NCBI GenBank assembly: GCA_031546705.1
Contig: JAVBJX010000004.1
Span: 142,712 to 206,711 of the forward strand
Direction of reading: 5' to 3'
Length of the DNA stretch: 64,000 nt
Source of the DNA: Bacillales bacterium
GTDB taxonomy: Bacteria; Bacillota; Bacilli; Bacillales; JAVBJX01
This document shows, piece after piece, positions 48,115 through 57,455 of this stretch (position 1 is its first letter; each line of letters begins with the position of its first letter). The notes beneath the pieces are model-generated. The model did not search any database. It was not told where the DNA came from and saw only the letters and a list, made by a program, of their open reading frames with translations. A program made the position numbers and the translations under genes.

Positions 48115-50406
48115 TTACTCTACTACTCGCCAATTCTCCATCCTTACAATCTGTCTTAAATTATTCGTATCTTGTTCATCATTGAAAAAAGGATTTAGTG
48201 GAGCAGTAAGACCAAACCCTCTTCTGAGTGCAGGCGTATTTTTGATAGTTTCTTTGATGTTCACTGTAGTAGTAGCATCATTAGTAATTTTAGAATTTCC
48301 ATCAAAATAAATACTTCCCTTTGTAATAACAACTCCTTTAAACTGTACATCTCCTAGAAAATAAACGTCTCCTGTTGACACAATAACACCCTCAACTATG
48401 CTTGAGTTACTAAAATCAAATACGTTTGATGAAGGAGTAGTTATGCCTGTTGTGCCTGCATTTGAGCCACGCACATGCACAATATCATTATTAGTTCGAA
48501 CAATAGTTAGTTTATTTACCGCACTAACATCAACCCCAGCAACATCTGCACTTGAAAAATCTGCTGTATTTGCAAAATTAAAATGGTTATCAATAGTATC
48601 CTGAACTAACAAATCACCTGTTGAAGAATCACCAAATTTGTTTACTTGTTTGTTATAATCATTTCTTATGGTTTTCTTTGTTTCTTCTAAATCATCAACA
48701 TTAGGTGTGGCAGGAAATACGTCATTGTTAAAAATGGTTGCACCTAATGAGTATTTAACACTATCAATAGTAGTAAATGTAACCCCATCAGTCCCACCAA
48801 AGTTGATAATTGCAGCATCTGGCGTTGTTAACCTCAATTTTCTGTCCTGTTTTGCTGCGTAATAGAAATAGTCTGCTCGATCTTTTGAATTAAATGTTTG
48901 TGGGTCTCCATTCGCATCTTTCCCACAGCCATACTTCTCGGCAATTAAGAGTGGTAATTTCTCCTCAAAACATATATTATTACCTTCAAATTTCTCTGCA
49001 TCTCCAGTATTAATTAAATAGTCTTCCATAGTTTTCTTTTTTAAGAATGTTCCATACGCACGTTCATTGCCTAACAATGCAATACTTGTACCTGACTCAA
49101 CTTCCTTATCGGCATCATCTGGTACATTAGAGAAGGCAACTCCAGCAATAAAAACCTGACCCGTAATTTCTAATTTTGATCCCTCAACTTCTCCAACATC
49201 AGCACTATTTAGTATAATACTACTACTACTATTAGCAGTTGGATTGGCAGTTTCCGAACCGTCAGAAAAACCGTAATAATTTCCATCGATCTGCACGATT
49301 GACTTTTCTCCGTTTAATGAAAGGTCATTTTTTGTAGATACATTCCCAGTCACTTTAATATTACTTCCCCCAATAACTGGATCCGTTCCAACAGATTTTG
49401 CATACACATTCCCAGTCACCTCAATCTTTGATTGACCATAACCTGTATGGAGGGAACTACCTGTTACAACTTGACCATTCACTTTAAGTTGTGCATCAAT
49501 TTTAGCAACATCCTTATTCCCAACAACAACTCCGCTGTAATCTTCTGTTGTTAATCCTGTTCCTTTTGCGTAGATGTTTCCTTTTACATCAACAGATCCA
49601 CCATTTACCACAATATTGTTTTCTGCTGTTAGTGCTTTAGTCAATAGAATATCTGGTGTTTTCGGATCTACTTGTCCAAGTTGAGAAAGCGATGCCTCAT
49701 AAGGAGGTATACCAATTTTCAGAGTCGCTTTGATGTTATGTTCTTTTAAATCCTTCTGTTGATACGTGGACTTGATTGGTAGTTCCATTACAGCAACTGG
49801 ATCTGGGGTAGTTGTGAATGGTTTATAGTTACCTGAAACATTATCAACATCAATCTGTACATTGACACGCTTCCCTGATTCTGCTTTGTTATCAGTAGTT
49901 GGTAAATCATTTGATATGCTCTCAGGTAAGAATTCAGCCCAACCATCCTTCTGAGTTGTAGCTATCGTTGTTATTTCACCATTCATTAAAGAAGCATAAC
50001 TTTCTCGATATCTCTCACTGCTCCATGTTTTTACCGTATCTTCATTGATTGTACCATCTTCTTTATAGAAAGCTGGTAGTTCAGCGTATTCACTTTCATC
50101 ATCTTCTTGGTATTGTTTGTACTTTTCATACTGTATTCGTTGTTTTTCTAATTCCGCTAACGTTTTCGTCTTTGCATCTTCATGTGCAGCTTTACTTTCC
50201 TCCTGAACCATTTGCATCATGCCAGCATAGGCTTTTTCAAGCCCAGACTCTACTGCATATATGGAAAAAATTTCTTTCTTCTTTACTTGTTGAAGCTGAA
50301 AATGACTGAGAGTTAAAGCAAGAATAGACATTCCCAAAATACTTAACATAGAAACAGTAACAACTAATGTCATTAGACTTGAACCACGTTGATTGGAAAC
50401 TTTCAT
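48115..50406 (-). CDS. Large PilX/GspK-like minor pilin
   Basis: RG|SSLMTLVV lacking Glu5; YAVESGLE motif; beta-rich V.GNVYA repeats. Confidence 0.78.
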   Translation of the reverse strand: MKVSNQRGSSLMTLVVTVSMLSILGMSILALTLSHFQLQQVKKKEIFSIYAVESGLEKAYAGMMQMVQEESKAAHEDAKTKTLAELEKQRIQYEKYKQYQEDDESEYAELPAFYKEDGTINEDTVKTWSSERYRESYASLMNGEITTIATTQKDGWAEFLPESISNDLPTTDNKAESGKRVNVQIDVDNVSGNYKPFTTTPDPVAVMELPIKSTYQQKDLKEHNIKATLKIGIPPYEASLSQLGQVDPKTPDILLTKALTAENNIVVNGGSVDVKGNIYAKGTGLTTEDYSGVVVGNKDVAKIDAQLKVNGQVVTGSSLHTGYGQSKIEVTGNVYAKSVGTDPVIGGSNIKVTGNVSTKNDLSLNGEKSIVQIDGNYYGFSDGSETANPTANSSSSIILNSADVGEVEGSKLEITGQVFIAGVAFSNVPDDADKEVESGTSIALLGNERAYGTFLKKKTMEDYLINTGDAEKFEGNNICFEEKLPLLIAEKYGCGKDANGDPQTFNSKDRADYFYYAAKQDRKLRLTTPDAAIINFGGTDGVTFTTIDSVKYSLGATIFNNDVFPATPNVDDLEETKKTIRNDYNKQVNKFGDSSTGDLLVQDTIDNHFNFANTADFSSADVAGVDVSAVNKLTIVRTNNDIVHVRGSNAGTTGITTPSSNVFDFSNSSIVEGVIVSTGDVYFLGDVQFKGVVITKGSIYFDGNSKITNDATTTVNIKETIKNTPALRRGFGLTAPLNPFFNDEQDTNNLRQIVRMENWRVVE

Positions 50407-50450
50407 TCTGTTCTTCCGTCCTCTCCTAAGAAATTGTTACTGATAATGCA

Positions 50451-51515
50451 TCACTTCGTTTTTACTGATTCGATTTCAAAACTTCCAAAGTCGTTTTGAA
50501 TTAGGATATTCACCCGATACACAAGACTTCCTCCTGTTGGTGTTGATTGATTATCTAAAGTGCCAATATAATTCGTATACCTAGCCGCTCCTTTTATAGT
50601 AGGAGGTATGGCAGGTCCAGTTGGATCAGCATTTTTCAAATACAATTCAAGCTGTTTGCCTGTTTCATTTTTTACATTTATGATAATACCAGCTATATTC
50701 CCACATAGTATATTTAGTCTCAATGGATCGTTAGCAGGACTTGTTGTAGTTCTTCCACCAGCATCAAATGTAACCGTAGCACCACCAATATCTGTAGTAG
50801 CTTTCAACAAGATGTTACCTGCAACAAGCACATCTGATATATCTAAATTAGCATCTGTATGATGGTCTATTACATCAATATTTGTTGCTCCGTTGATGTT
50901 GATAGTTGGTCTTACTGAATTTGCAATTTGATTTACATCCTCCAAATAAAGTTTAAGTTTTTTGTCGGATATGTTGTTTTCGACTTCAATGGTAATATGC
51001 TTGCCATTACATATTAAAGTAAGTTCTAAATCCGCTCCATCATAGTTAGGAATTTGTATTATGGATTTAAACTCCCCTCCCGTTGAAATGATATTATTAC
51101 CAATACTACTTATTGTAATGACCTCATTATTCAACTCCGTTTTCAGCGAAATTGTAGAATAATCGGTAAGGTTTGTATTTGTTAAATCTACTGTTATTTT
51201 CATTGGTGTTATAAATTTTTTGTTTGGATCTGGCGTTAGTGTAATCGTAGCACCTTCTGCTACGTTCGTATAAACAGTATCATCTGTAGTCAAAAAACCA
51301 TTATTATCCACAAGGACTGTATCAAGTGATGTAAAAGGTGTTGCCCGTATTTGCTCCATATATCCCTGTGCTAATTCTTTCATCTCAATACTAGCTTCTG
51401 AATAGCTATTATTTTTAATTGCTGCAACAAATAAATTGGACAGTGGAACAAGTACCAAAGCAAGAAGAGCAATTGTAATAATACTTTCTATTAACGTTAC
51501 CCCTTTATTATTCAT
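50451..51515 (-). CDS. Minor pilin (PilV-like)
   Basis: KG|VTLIESIITIAL; LAQGYMEQIR. Confidence 0.82.
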   Translation of the reverse strand: MNNKGVTLIESIITIALLALVLVPLSNLFVAAIKNNSYSEASIEMKELAQGYMEQIRATPFTSLDTVLVDNNGFLTTDDTVYTNVAEGATITLTPDPNKKFITPMKITVDLTNTNLTDYSTISLKTELNNEVITISSIGNNIISTGGEFKSIIQIPNYDGADLELTLICNGKHITIEVENNISDKKLKLYLEDVNQIANSVRPTININGATNIDVIDHHTDANLDISDVLVAGNILLKATTDIGGATVTFDAGGRTTTSPANDPLRLNILCGNIAGIIINVKNETGKQLELYLKNADPTGPAIPPTIKGAARYTNYIGTLDNQSTPTGGSLVYRVNILIQNDFGSFEIESVKTK

Positions 51516-51526
51516 ATCCTCACCCG

Positions 51527-52822
51527 CTAGTGAACAACCTCAATATTTCCTAGTTTGCTCATAAATTTAACTCGTGGATTCTTTGTATCATCGTCTGTAA
51601 CAATTACTTGCAACGGTAATGTTGTTTTATTGATAATAGATAAATTGACACCACTTAAATCAGTTGCATCTAGTCGTGCACTACTAAAAATATTAAACAT
51701 CATCTTCTTGGAAAGAGGTGTGAATCTAACACTTTTATGAGAAGTAGGATACGATTTACCAGCTACTTTCAACTCGTAATAGTATTTCTTATTTTTTTCG
51801 TACACGTACAATTGAGCATCCTTAACTCCTTCACTATCTGCTTCTAAATAACTTGTTCCCTCTTTGTCATTTGCTTTGCCAAGTAATACTGTTGGCATAT
51901 CCGACTGAATGGGTTTAGCAATTAGAAAGAAATCAGAATTCTCCTCAGCTGTTGTAGGAATAGAGTTTGTTGTAGAATTCTCTAATGTTCTTGTAGTATC
52001 TGGTGTTGACGTTCTTGTAGTATCTGGTGTTGATGTCTCTGGTGTTCTTCCTGTTGAACTAGAGAAAGGATTAATTTTTCCATATTCATTATGAATAACC
52101 CACTGTAAATAATCTAGGTCTTGTGTATATGGTTTTGGAAGTGCATAGAAATCCAGAGATATTGTACTAAAGAGTATTGGAATATCTCCACTACTTTTGT
52201 CTTGCTTAGCTGTATTCACATTATTTATCACAATTTTTCGTTTGTCCGATTCAATCGTCTGAATTAATGCCTGTAACTGCATATATGTACTACTGAAAGT
52301 AAGCGTTGTTGTTATTTTATTTAGTTTTTGTTGATCATTCGGTACTGGTGCAGGTGTTTCTGCTTGTTGAACTGAAGCTTTTTTTGACTTATCAACGAAT
52401 TGTTCGAGATAAGTTGGTGGTTGTATGACCTCTTTTTTTCCTATCACTATTTCTGATGATTGTATCTGTGAAAATGCAATATCAGCTTGGCTAATTAGGG
52501 ATTTCCCTAGTTTCTCATTCAAAAGAAGGATAAGTTGTTCTTGAATAATGCTTGGAAAAAAATGAGAAGTTTCTTCATTTATTTTCTGATTTAATGTAGC
52601 ATAGTTTTCATAAATTTTATTATTTGGATTAGCCTCTAATTGAACTTGCATTTTTTTAATTTTAGACTGTGATATTCTATCTTCTAGCGACTGAATCGCT
52701 GTAATTTGCGGTAAGAATAGAAACTTATAAGAAGTACCAATAATAACAACGACAACAAAAATAATTGATATAATCCTTTCACGTTTTGTTAAGATTGGTA
52801 ATTTTAATTTTGATAGTTTCAT
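51527..52822 (-). CDS. pilO: PilO-like protein with C-terminal extension
   Basis: LTKRERII N-terminal TM, coiled coil, FSSTYMQLQALIQTIE..KRKIVINNV, LDFY; follows pilN. Confidence 0.75.
   Translation of the reverse strand: MKLSKLKLPILTKRERIISIIFVVVVIIGTSYKFLFLPQITAIQSLEDRISQSKIKKMQVQLEANPNNKIYENYATLNQKINEETSHFFPSIIQEQLILLLNEKLGKSLISQADIAFSQIQSSEIVIGKKEVIQPPTYLEQFVDKSKKASVQQAETPAPVPNDQQKLNKITTTLTFSSTYMQLQALIQTIESDKRKIVINNVNTAKQDKSSGDIPILFSTISLDFYALPKPYTQDLDYLQWVIHNEYGKINPFSSSTGRTPETSTPDTTRTSTPDTTRTLENSTTNSIPTTAEENSDFFLIAKPIQSDMPTVLLGKANDKEGTSYLEADSEGVKDAQLYVYEKNKKYYYELKVAGKSYPTSHKSVRFTPLSKKMMFNIFSSARLDATDLSGVNLSIINKTTLPLQVIVTDDDTKNPRVKFMSKLGNIEVVH
51987..52034. repeat. 24-bp tandem duplication (TSTPDTTR x2) in the PilO linker
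   Basis: GTTCTTGTAGTATCTGGTGTTGA(C/T) twice. Confidence 0.85.
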
Positions 52823-53370
52823 TATTCATTCACATCCTTTGTTACACATTTCATCGTAACCACGTATGATGTTCCCTCTGGAGTAATTGAGATAACTTGT
52901 ACTGTTTCAATAAAAGGGAGCTGCTTTAGATTGTGTTGAAATTCAGCCACAGATTTCCTGTCACTAACATTACCTTGGATTGTTATTGAATCTGGCAAAA
53001 CAGTTAGCATGTTAAGTGTCATAATTTTAGGAATTGCTTTTGATAGTTCTAAGAACATATTGCTGTTAATTGGGTCTGCTTTATTAATGGATGCCCAAAT
53101 GCTATCAACATGTGTCTTATACTCTGTTAATTCCCTGTACTTATTTGTGGTGATATTAAATTCTTGCCGTTGTTTAACGAGTTTTGGATCACTTAAATAT
53201 TCCTCATCCTTCAAGAGTTGTTCTTCTAAGGTTGTTTTCCTATGTTCATTAACAAACCAACCTAATGGAATAAACATCAATAAAAAAATAAGAAGAAGAG
53301 GGACAACTATCTTCTTTTTTTTTGATTTCTTTTCCTTTAAAAAAGGGGAAAAAAAGTTCAAATCCTTCAT
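52822..53370 (-). CDS. pilN: PilN
   Basis: DLNFF N-terminal motif, TM, ITIQG...VAEFQHNLK. Confidence 0.85.
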   Translation of the reverse strand: MKDLNFFSPFLKEKKSKKKKIVVPLLLIFLLMFIPLGWFVNEHRKTTLEEQLLKDEEYLSDPKLVKQRQEFNITTNKYRELTEYKTHVDSIWASINKADPINSNMFLELSKAIPKIMTLNMLTVLPDSITIQGNVSDRKSVAEFQHNLKQLPFIETVQVISITPEGTSYVVTMKCVTKDVNE

Positions 53371-53378
53371 GTTCCCAC

Positions 53379-54437
53379 CTACTTTCGAGTAATAGCACCA
53401 ATAGCAGGTAAATACAAGCTATACGCTTTTTCTTTTGCCTTGATATTCATCATTTCCTCTAACTGCAACGTTGGAATTGTTAATCTATCTTCAAAATATG
53501 TTTCGATTCCCTTTAGTTGGCTCGTTCCTCCATGAAGATAAATAACTTCAATTTGATTTTGATTTGTTCGAGATGAGTAGAAGTTAAAAATACGTTGGAT
53601 TTTCTCAACCCAAGTACCAAGAATATCCTTTATAAGGTGATTGTACAGTTCAAGTTCTTCTGAACAGTCTTCTTCTGCAACAGTTATATCGCAAAAAAGC
53701 TGTTTTTTCTTCTCTGCTACTTCATAAGAAAGATTGAAATGATTTACTAATTGAACGGTTAACTCTTCTCCACCAATCTCAATAATTCGACTGAAATGGG
53801 GAATTCCTTTACAAATAATATTAATTAATGTGTAACGATGACCCAAATTAATAATAGCCACTATTTCTGGGATATATCCCCCTACCGTAGGTATCGGAAA
53901 ATTATCTCTGTCTGAAAATAGTTTTTCAATCGTATTGGAGGTAAGATCCATAACAACTGGATTTAACTTTATATTTTTTAATAAATTATAGTATTTCTCC
54001 ATCGTTTGACGTCGAACTGCAATGACAAAGTACTTCTTTTTTTCTGCACCGTCTTCTTCTTTAACTCTTTCGATTTCCTTATATTGAATGATGCTTTCGT
54101 TAATATTGAATATCTGAAATTGCTCCAATTCAAAACGAATCATCGAGTCAACTTCATCATCTTTTACAACAGGCAACACAAATTCACGAATAATACTAGA
54201 ACGATCTTGAAATGTACAAATGGCTCGCATACCAACAAGCCGATTTTTCTGAATATGTTTGCTTAGTACAGAAGTAAGCTTCTCTTCATCAATAATTTCA
54301 CCATCACGAACCGTATCTTCAGGAGTGCGAAAGTTAATTAATTTACTAATAGTAACTATTCCTTGGCTTTCTTTCCCAATTGCTATTTTTGTGTTATATG
54401 TGCCAATATCTAAGGAAAGCACGTTTCTTCTAAACAT
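53379..54437 (-). CDS. pilM: PilM (actin-like)
   Basis: LSLDIGTYNTKI, INLGH, IGGEELT, LHGGTSQLKG. Confidence 0.88.
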   Translation of the reverse strand: MFRRNVLSLDIGTYNTKIAIGKESQGIVTISKLINFRTPEDTVRDGEIIDEEKLTSVLSKHIQKNRLVGMRAICTFQDRSSIIREFVLPVVKDDEVDSMIRFELEQFQIFNINESIIQYKEIERVKEEDGAEKKKYFVIAVRRQTMEKYYNLLKNIKLNPVVMDLTSNTIEKLFSDRDNFPIPTVGGYIPEIVAIINLGHRYTLINIICKGIPHFSRIIEIGGEELTVQLVNHFNLSYEVAEKKKQLFCDITVAEEDCSEELELYNHLIKDILGTWVEKIQRIFNFYSSRTNQNQIEVIYLHGGTSQLKGIETYFEDRLTIPTLQLEEMMNIKAKEKAYSLYLPAIGAITRK

Positions 54438-54546
54438 TTCTTACACCACCTAAAGGAAATATTATGTATTAGTAAACAATAGGGTATTGCTTAAAATGGA
54501 TATCGACCTTGTTCATTTAATAACAAGAACTACTAACAGAAAGTAA

Positions 54547-54590
54547 AACAATCACTGCCAACTGCTGATAGCAAGTCGGCAGTGATTGTT
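54547..54590 (-). terminator. Hairpin/terminator between pilA and pilM
   Basis: AACAATCACTGCC...GGCAGTGATTGTT 13-bp stem followed by a T-rich tract on the minus strand. Confidence 0.75.
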
Positions 54591-54680
54591 AGGGAATTTG
54601 ATTTTTATACAGAATCCGATAAGTACAAATGTACAAAGAAGCACAGATTGCTAGGAAATGTATAAAAATGAATAATGTGA

Positions 54681-55115
54681 TTACGGTTTTAATACTCGTG
54701 TATACGTAACAGCTTGATTAGCTCCGACTGTTATAAGAAGAGAGGCAGTTGAAGCCCCCTGCAATTTCTTATTATTCTCAACAAGAGGATCCATTACAGA
54801 GCCAATTGATGCATTATTTTTTACAGTTAGACCAGTTACAGTATACTCAACTGCATCTGGAGTTGTAGAAGAAGTTGAATTTTCAACATCAATCGTTCCT
54901 GTTCCTGTAAGCGTTCCATCTGCAACTAAAACTCTAGTTGCATTTCTTATAACTTCTCCTAGCTGTTCATCAGCTGAAACTTTTGCTTTATCAGTAAATC
55001 CTGACAATCTCGGTACTGCAATAGCTGCTAAAATTCCCAAAATCGCAATAACAATAATAAGTTCAATTAATGTGAATCCACTTTGCTTCTTGATGACCTT
55101 TTTTTCTGTTTCCAT
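54681..55115 (-). CDS. pilA: Major type IV pilin
   Basis: SG|FTLIELIIVIAILGILAAIAVP. Confidence 0.9.
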   Translation of the reverse strand: METEKKVIKKQSGFTLIELIIVIAILGILAAIAVPRLSGFTDKAKVSADEQLGEVIRNATRVLVADGTLTGTGTIDVENSTSSTTPDAVEYTVTGLTVKNNASIGSVMDPLVENNKKLQGASTASLLITVGANQAVTYTRVLKP

Positions 55116-55154
55116 GAACTTTTCCCCCTGTAAATAATATATTTTGTAATGTCA

Positions 55155-56378
55155 TTACACACCTACTGTATTTACCATATCCAACATTGGTAGAAGCATT
55201 GCAATAACAATTGCTCCAATAACAACAGCCATAAATACAACCATAATTGGTTCAATTAACGCTGTCATTGTTTGCAGTGCTACTTCCACTTCTTCATCAT
55301 AGAATGAGGCTGTTTTTTCTAACATATCATCTAATGTCCCTGATTCTTCTCCAATTTGCACCATAGAGTCTACCATTGGAGGAAAGAGACCTATTTCTTT
55401 AATTGAACTAGCAAGGGATACTCCCTTTCCTATCTCTTCTTTTGTTAGTAGAATTCCTTTTTCCGCTATTTTATTTCCGACAACTTGTGATACAATTTCT
55501 AGTGCTTGAATAAGAGGAATCCCACTTATTAAGAGCGTTGATAGTGTTCTTGTAAAGCGAGAGGTGATTACCTTCACTGTTGTTTCTTTTATAACTGGAA
55601 TCCTTAGTAATATTTTATCAAAAAACAACTTACTTTGTTCTGTTTTTAAGTATCTCGGAAGTATTAAAATAGCGGCAACAATAATCCCAACAATTATATA
55701 CCAATACCCACGAATAGTATCGCTAATGGAAAGCAATATTTGGGTTGGCTTTGGTAATGCTGTTCCACTTTTTTGGAACATATCAACAAACGTTGGCATA
55801 ACGAATATAATCAAAAAAAACACAACAGTGACTGCAATGACTGCTAGTACAGACGGATAAATCATTGCATTTTGTATTTTTCCTTTAACCTTTGTTTCTT
55901 TCTCATAATGAACAGACATCCTTAACATAATCTCATCTAAATTCCCACTAATCTCCCCAGCTTCAATCATATGAATGAGCAATTCTGGAAAAACATCTGT
56001 ATGTTGGTACAGACATTCAGAAAACATAATCCCTGTTTGTACTTCTTCGCAGATGTCATGGAGTGCTGTTCGAATTCTTTTGTTTTCTGATTGAAGTTTT
56101 AGAATCTCTAGACATGTAATAACAGAAACGCCCGCATGGGTCATAGCATGAAACTGCCGACAAAAAATGGAGATGTCTTTTGTTTTTACAGATTTAGTAA
56201 ATGTAAATTCACCAAAACTTTTATTAAAAGTTTGTTCTTCAATCGTAACAGGTACTTCATTCCGACTGCGAATCATATCTATTACTTCATCTTTGTCAGC
56301 TGCATCGTAAGTTCCTATGTTTTCTTTTCCAGTTTTATCAATAGATTTGTATTTATATGCTGGCACATATGTCACCAC
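55155..56378 (-). CDS. pilC: Type IV pilus platform protein PilC (GspF family)
   Basis: FCRQF, AGEISGNLD, AMIYP, GEESGTLD, LIEP. Confidence 0.92.
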   Translation of the reverse strand: MVTYVPAYKYKSIDKTGKENIGTYDAADKDEVIDMIRSRNEVPVTIEEQTFNKSFGEFTFTKSVKTKDISIFCRQFHAMTHAGVSVITCLEILKLQSENKRIRTALHDICEEVQTGIMFSECLYQHTDVFPELLIHMIEAGEISGNLDEIMLRMSVHYEKETKVKGKIQNAMIYPSVLAVIAVTVVFFLIIFVMPTFVDMFQKSGTALPKPTQILLSISDTIRGYWYIIVGIIVAAILILPRYLKTEQSKLFFDKILLRIPVIKETTVKVITSRFTRTLSTLLISGIPLIQALEIVSQVVGNKIAEKGILLTKEEIGKGVSLASSIKEIGLFPPMVDSMVQIGEESGTLDDMLEKTASFYDEEVEVALQTMTALIEPIMVVFMAVVIGAIVIAMLLPMLDMVNTVGV

Positions 56379-56384
56379 CTTATA

Positions 56385-57449
56385 CTATAGACCTAATACA
56401 CGCTCCATTGCTTCACGATCTATTGCGTATTTTGCTGCCGATTTTTTTGAAATCTTTCCTTGACGATACAATTCGTTTAATGACTGATCCATTGACTTCA
56501 TACCAAATTTCATTCCTGTTTGAATGGCTGATCCAATTTGATGATTTTTTCCTTCACGAATTAAATTACGTATCGCAGGTGTTGCAATCATTATTTCCAG
56601 TGCAGCAACTCTACTTTGTCCATCGATACATGAAATTAGTTGTTGTGACACAATCCCTTCAAGTACTCCTGATAACTGGATTTTGATTTGTTGTTGTTGT
56701 TCTGGTGGAAATACGTCAATAACCCTATCAATCGTTTTTGCTGCACCTGTGGTATGGAGGGAAGATATGACAAGATGACCTGTTTCTGCCGCTTTCACAG
56801 CAATAGAAACTGTATCTAAATCACGCATCTCACCAACCAAAATTACATCTGGATCTTGTCTTAATGCACCACGTAATGCATTTGAAAAGCTATGTGAATC
56901 ATTTCCTATTTCCCGTTGATTTATTATACTCAAGTTATTTTTATGCAAATACTCAATCGGATCTTCTAATGTTAGAATATGAGCATTTCGGTTTTTATTC
57001 ATATAATCAATCATTGCGGCTAACGTAGTTGATTTTCCGCTTCCTGTTGGTCCTGTTACTAGAATAAGTCCACGCTGTTTCATTGCTAACTCTGTTAAAA
57101 TAGATGGCATGTTTAGTTGCTCTAATGATGGTACATGTACAGAAACGCTACGAATTGCTGCACTGTAACATCCTCTTTGTTTGTACACATTGACACGATA
57201 TCGTCCTACTCCTTCATTAGAGTAAGATAAATCGAGTTCTCCCACTTCGTTAAGTCGTTTGAATTGCTCATCAGTCAGTATTTGCTGAACTAACTCCATC
57301 GTATCTTCAGGTGTTAATGGTGGGTATTCGAGCTTTTGAAGCTCGCCATTTACTCTAACGACTGGTGGAACTGTCACACTAATATGCAAATCAGAAGCTT
57401 TTTTTTCTATTGTTTTTTTGAGCAAGCTCAAAATATCCATACTATACAC
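56385..57449 (-). CDS. pilT: Retraction ATPase PilT
   Basis: ASDLH, GPTGSGKSTT, LRQDPD, AIRNLIRE signature. Confidence 0.95.
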   Translation of the reverse strand: MYSMDILSLLKKTIEKKASDLHISVTVPPVVRVNGELQKLEYPPLTPEDTMELVQQILTDEQFKRLNEVGELDLSYSNEGVGRYRVNVYKQRGCYSAAIRSVSVHVPSLEQLNMPSILTELAMKQRGLILVTGPTGSGKSTTLAAMIDYMNKNRNAHILTLEDPIEYLHKNNLSIINQREIGNDSHSFSNALRGALRQDPDVILVGEMRDLDTVSIAVKAAETGHLVISSLHTTGAAKTIDRVIDVFPPEQQQQIKIQLSGVLEGIVSQQLISCIDGQSRVAALEIMIATPAIRNLIREGKNHQIGSAIQTGMKFGMKSMDQSLNELYRQGKISKKSAAKYAIDREAMERVLGL

Positions 57450-57455
57450 CTTTTC

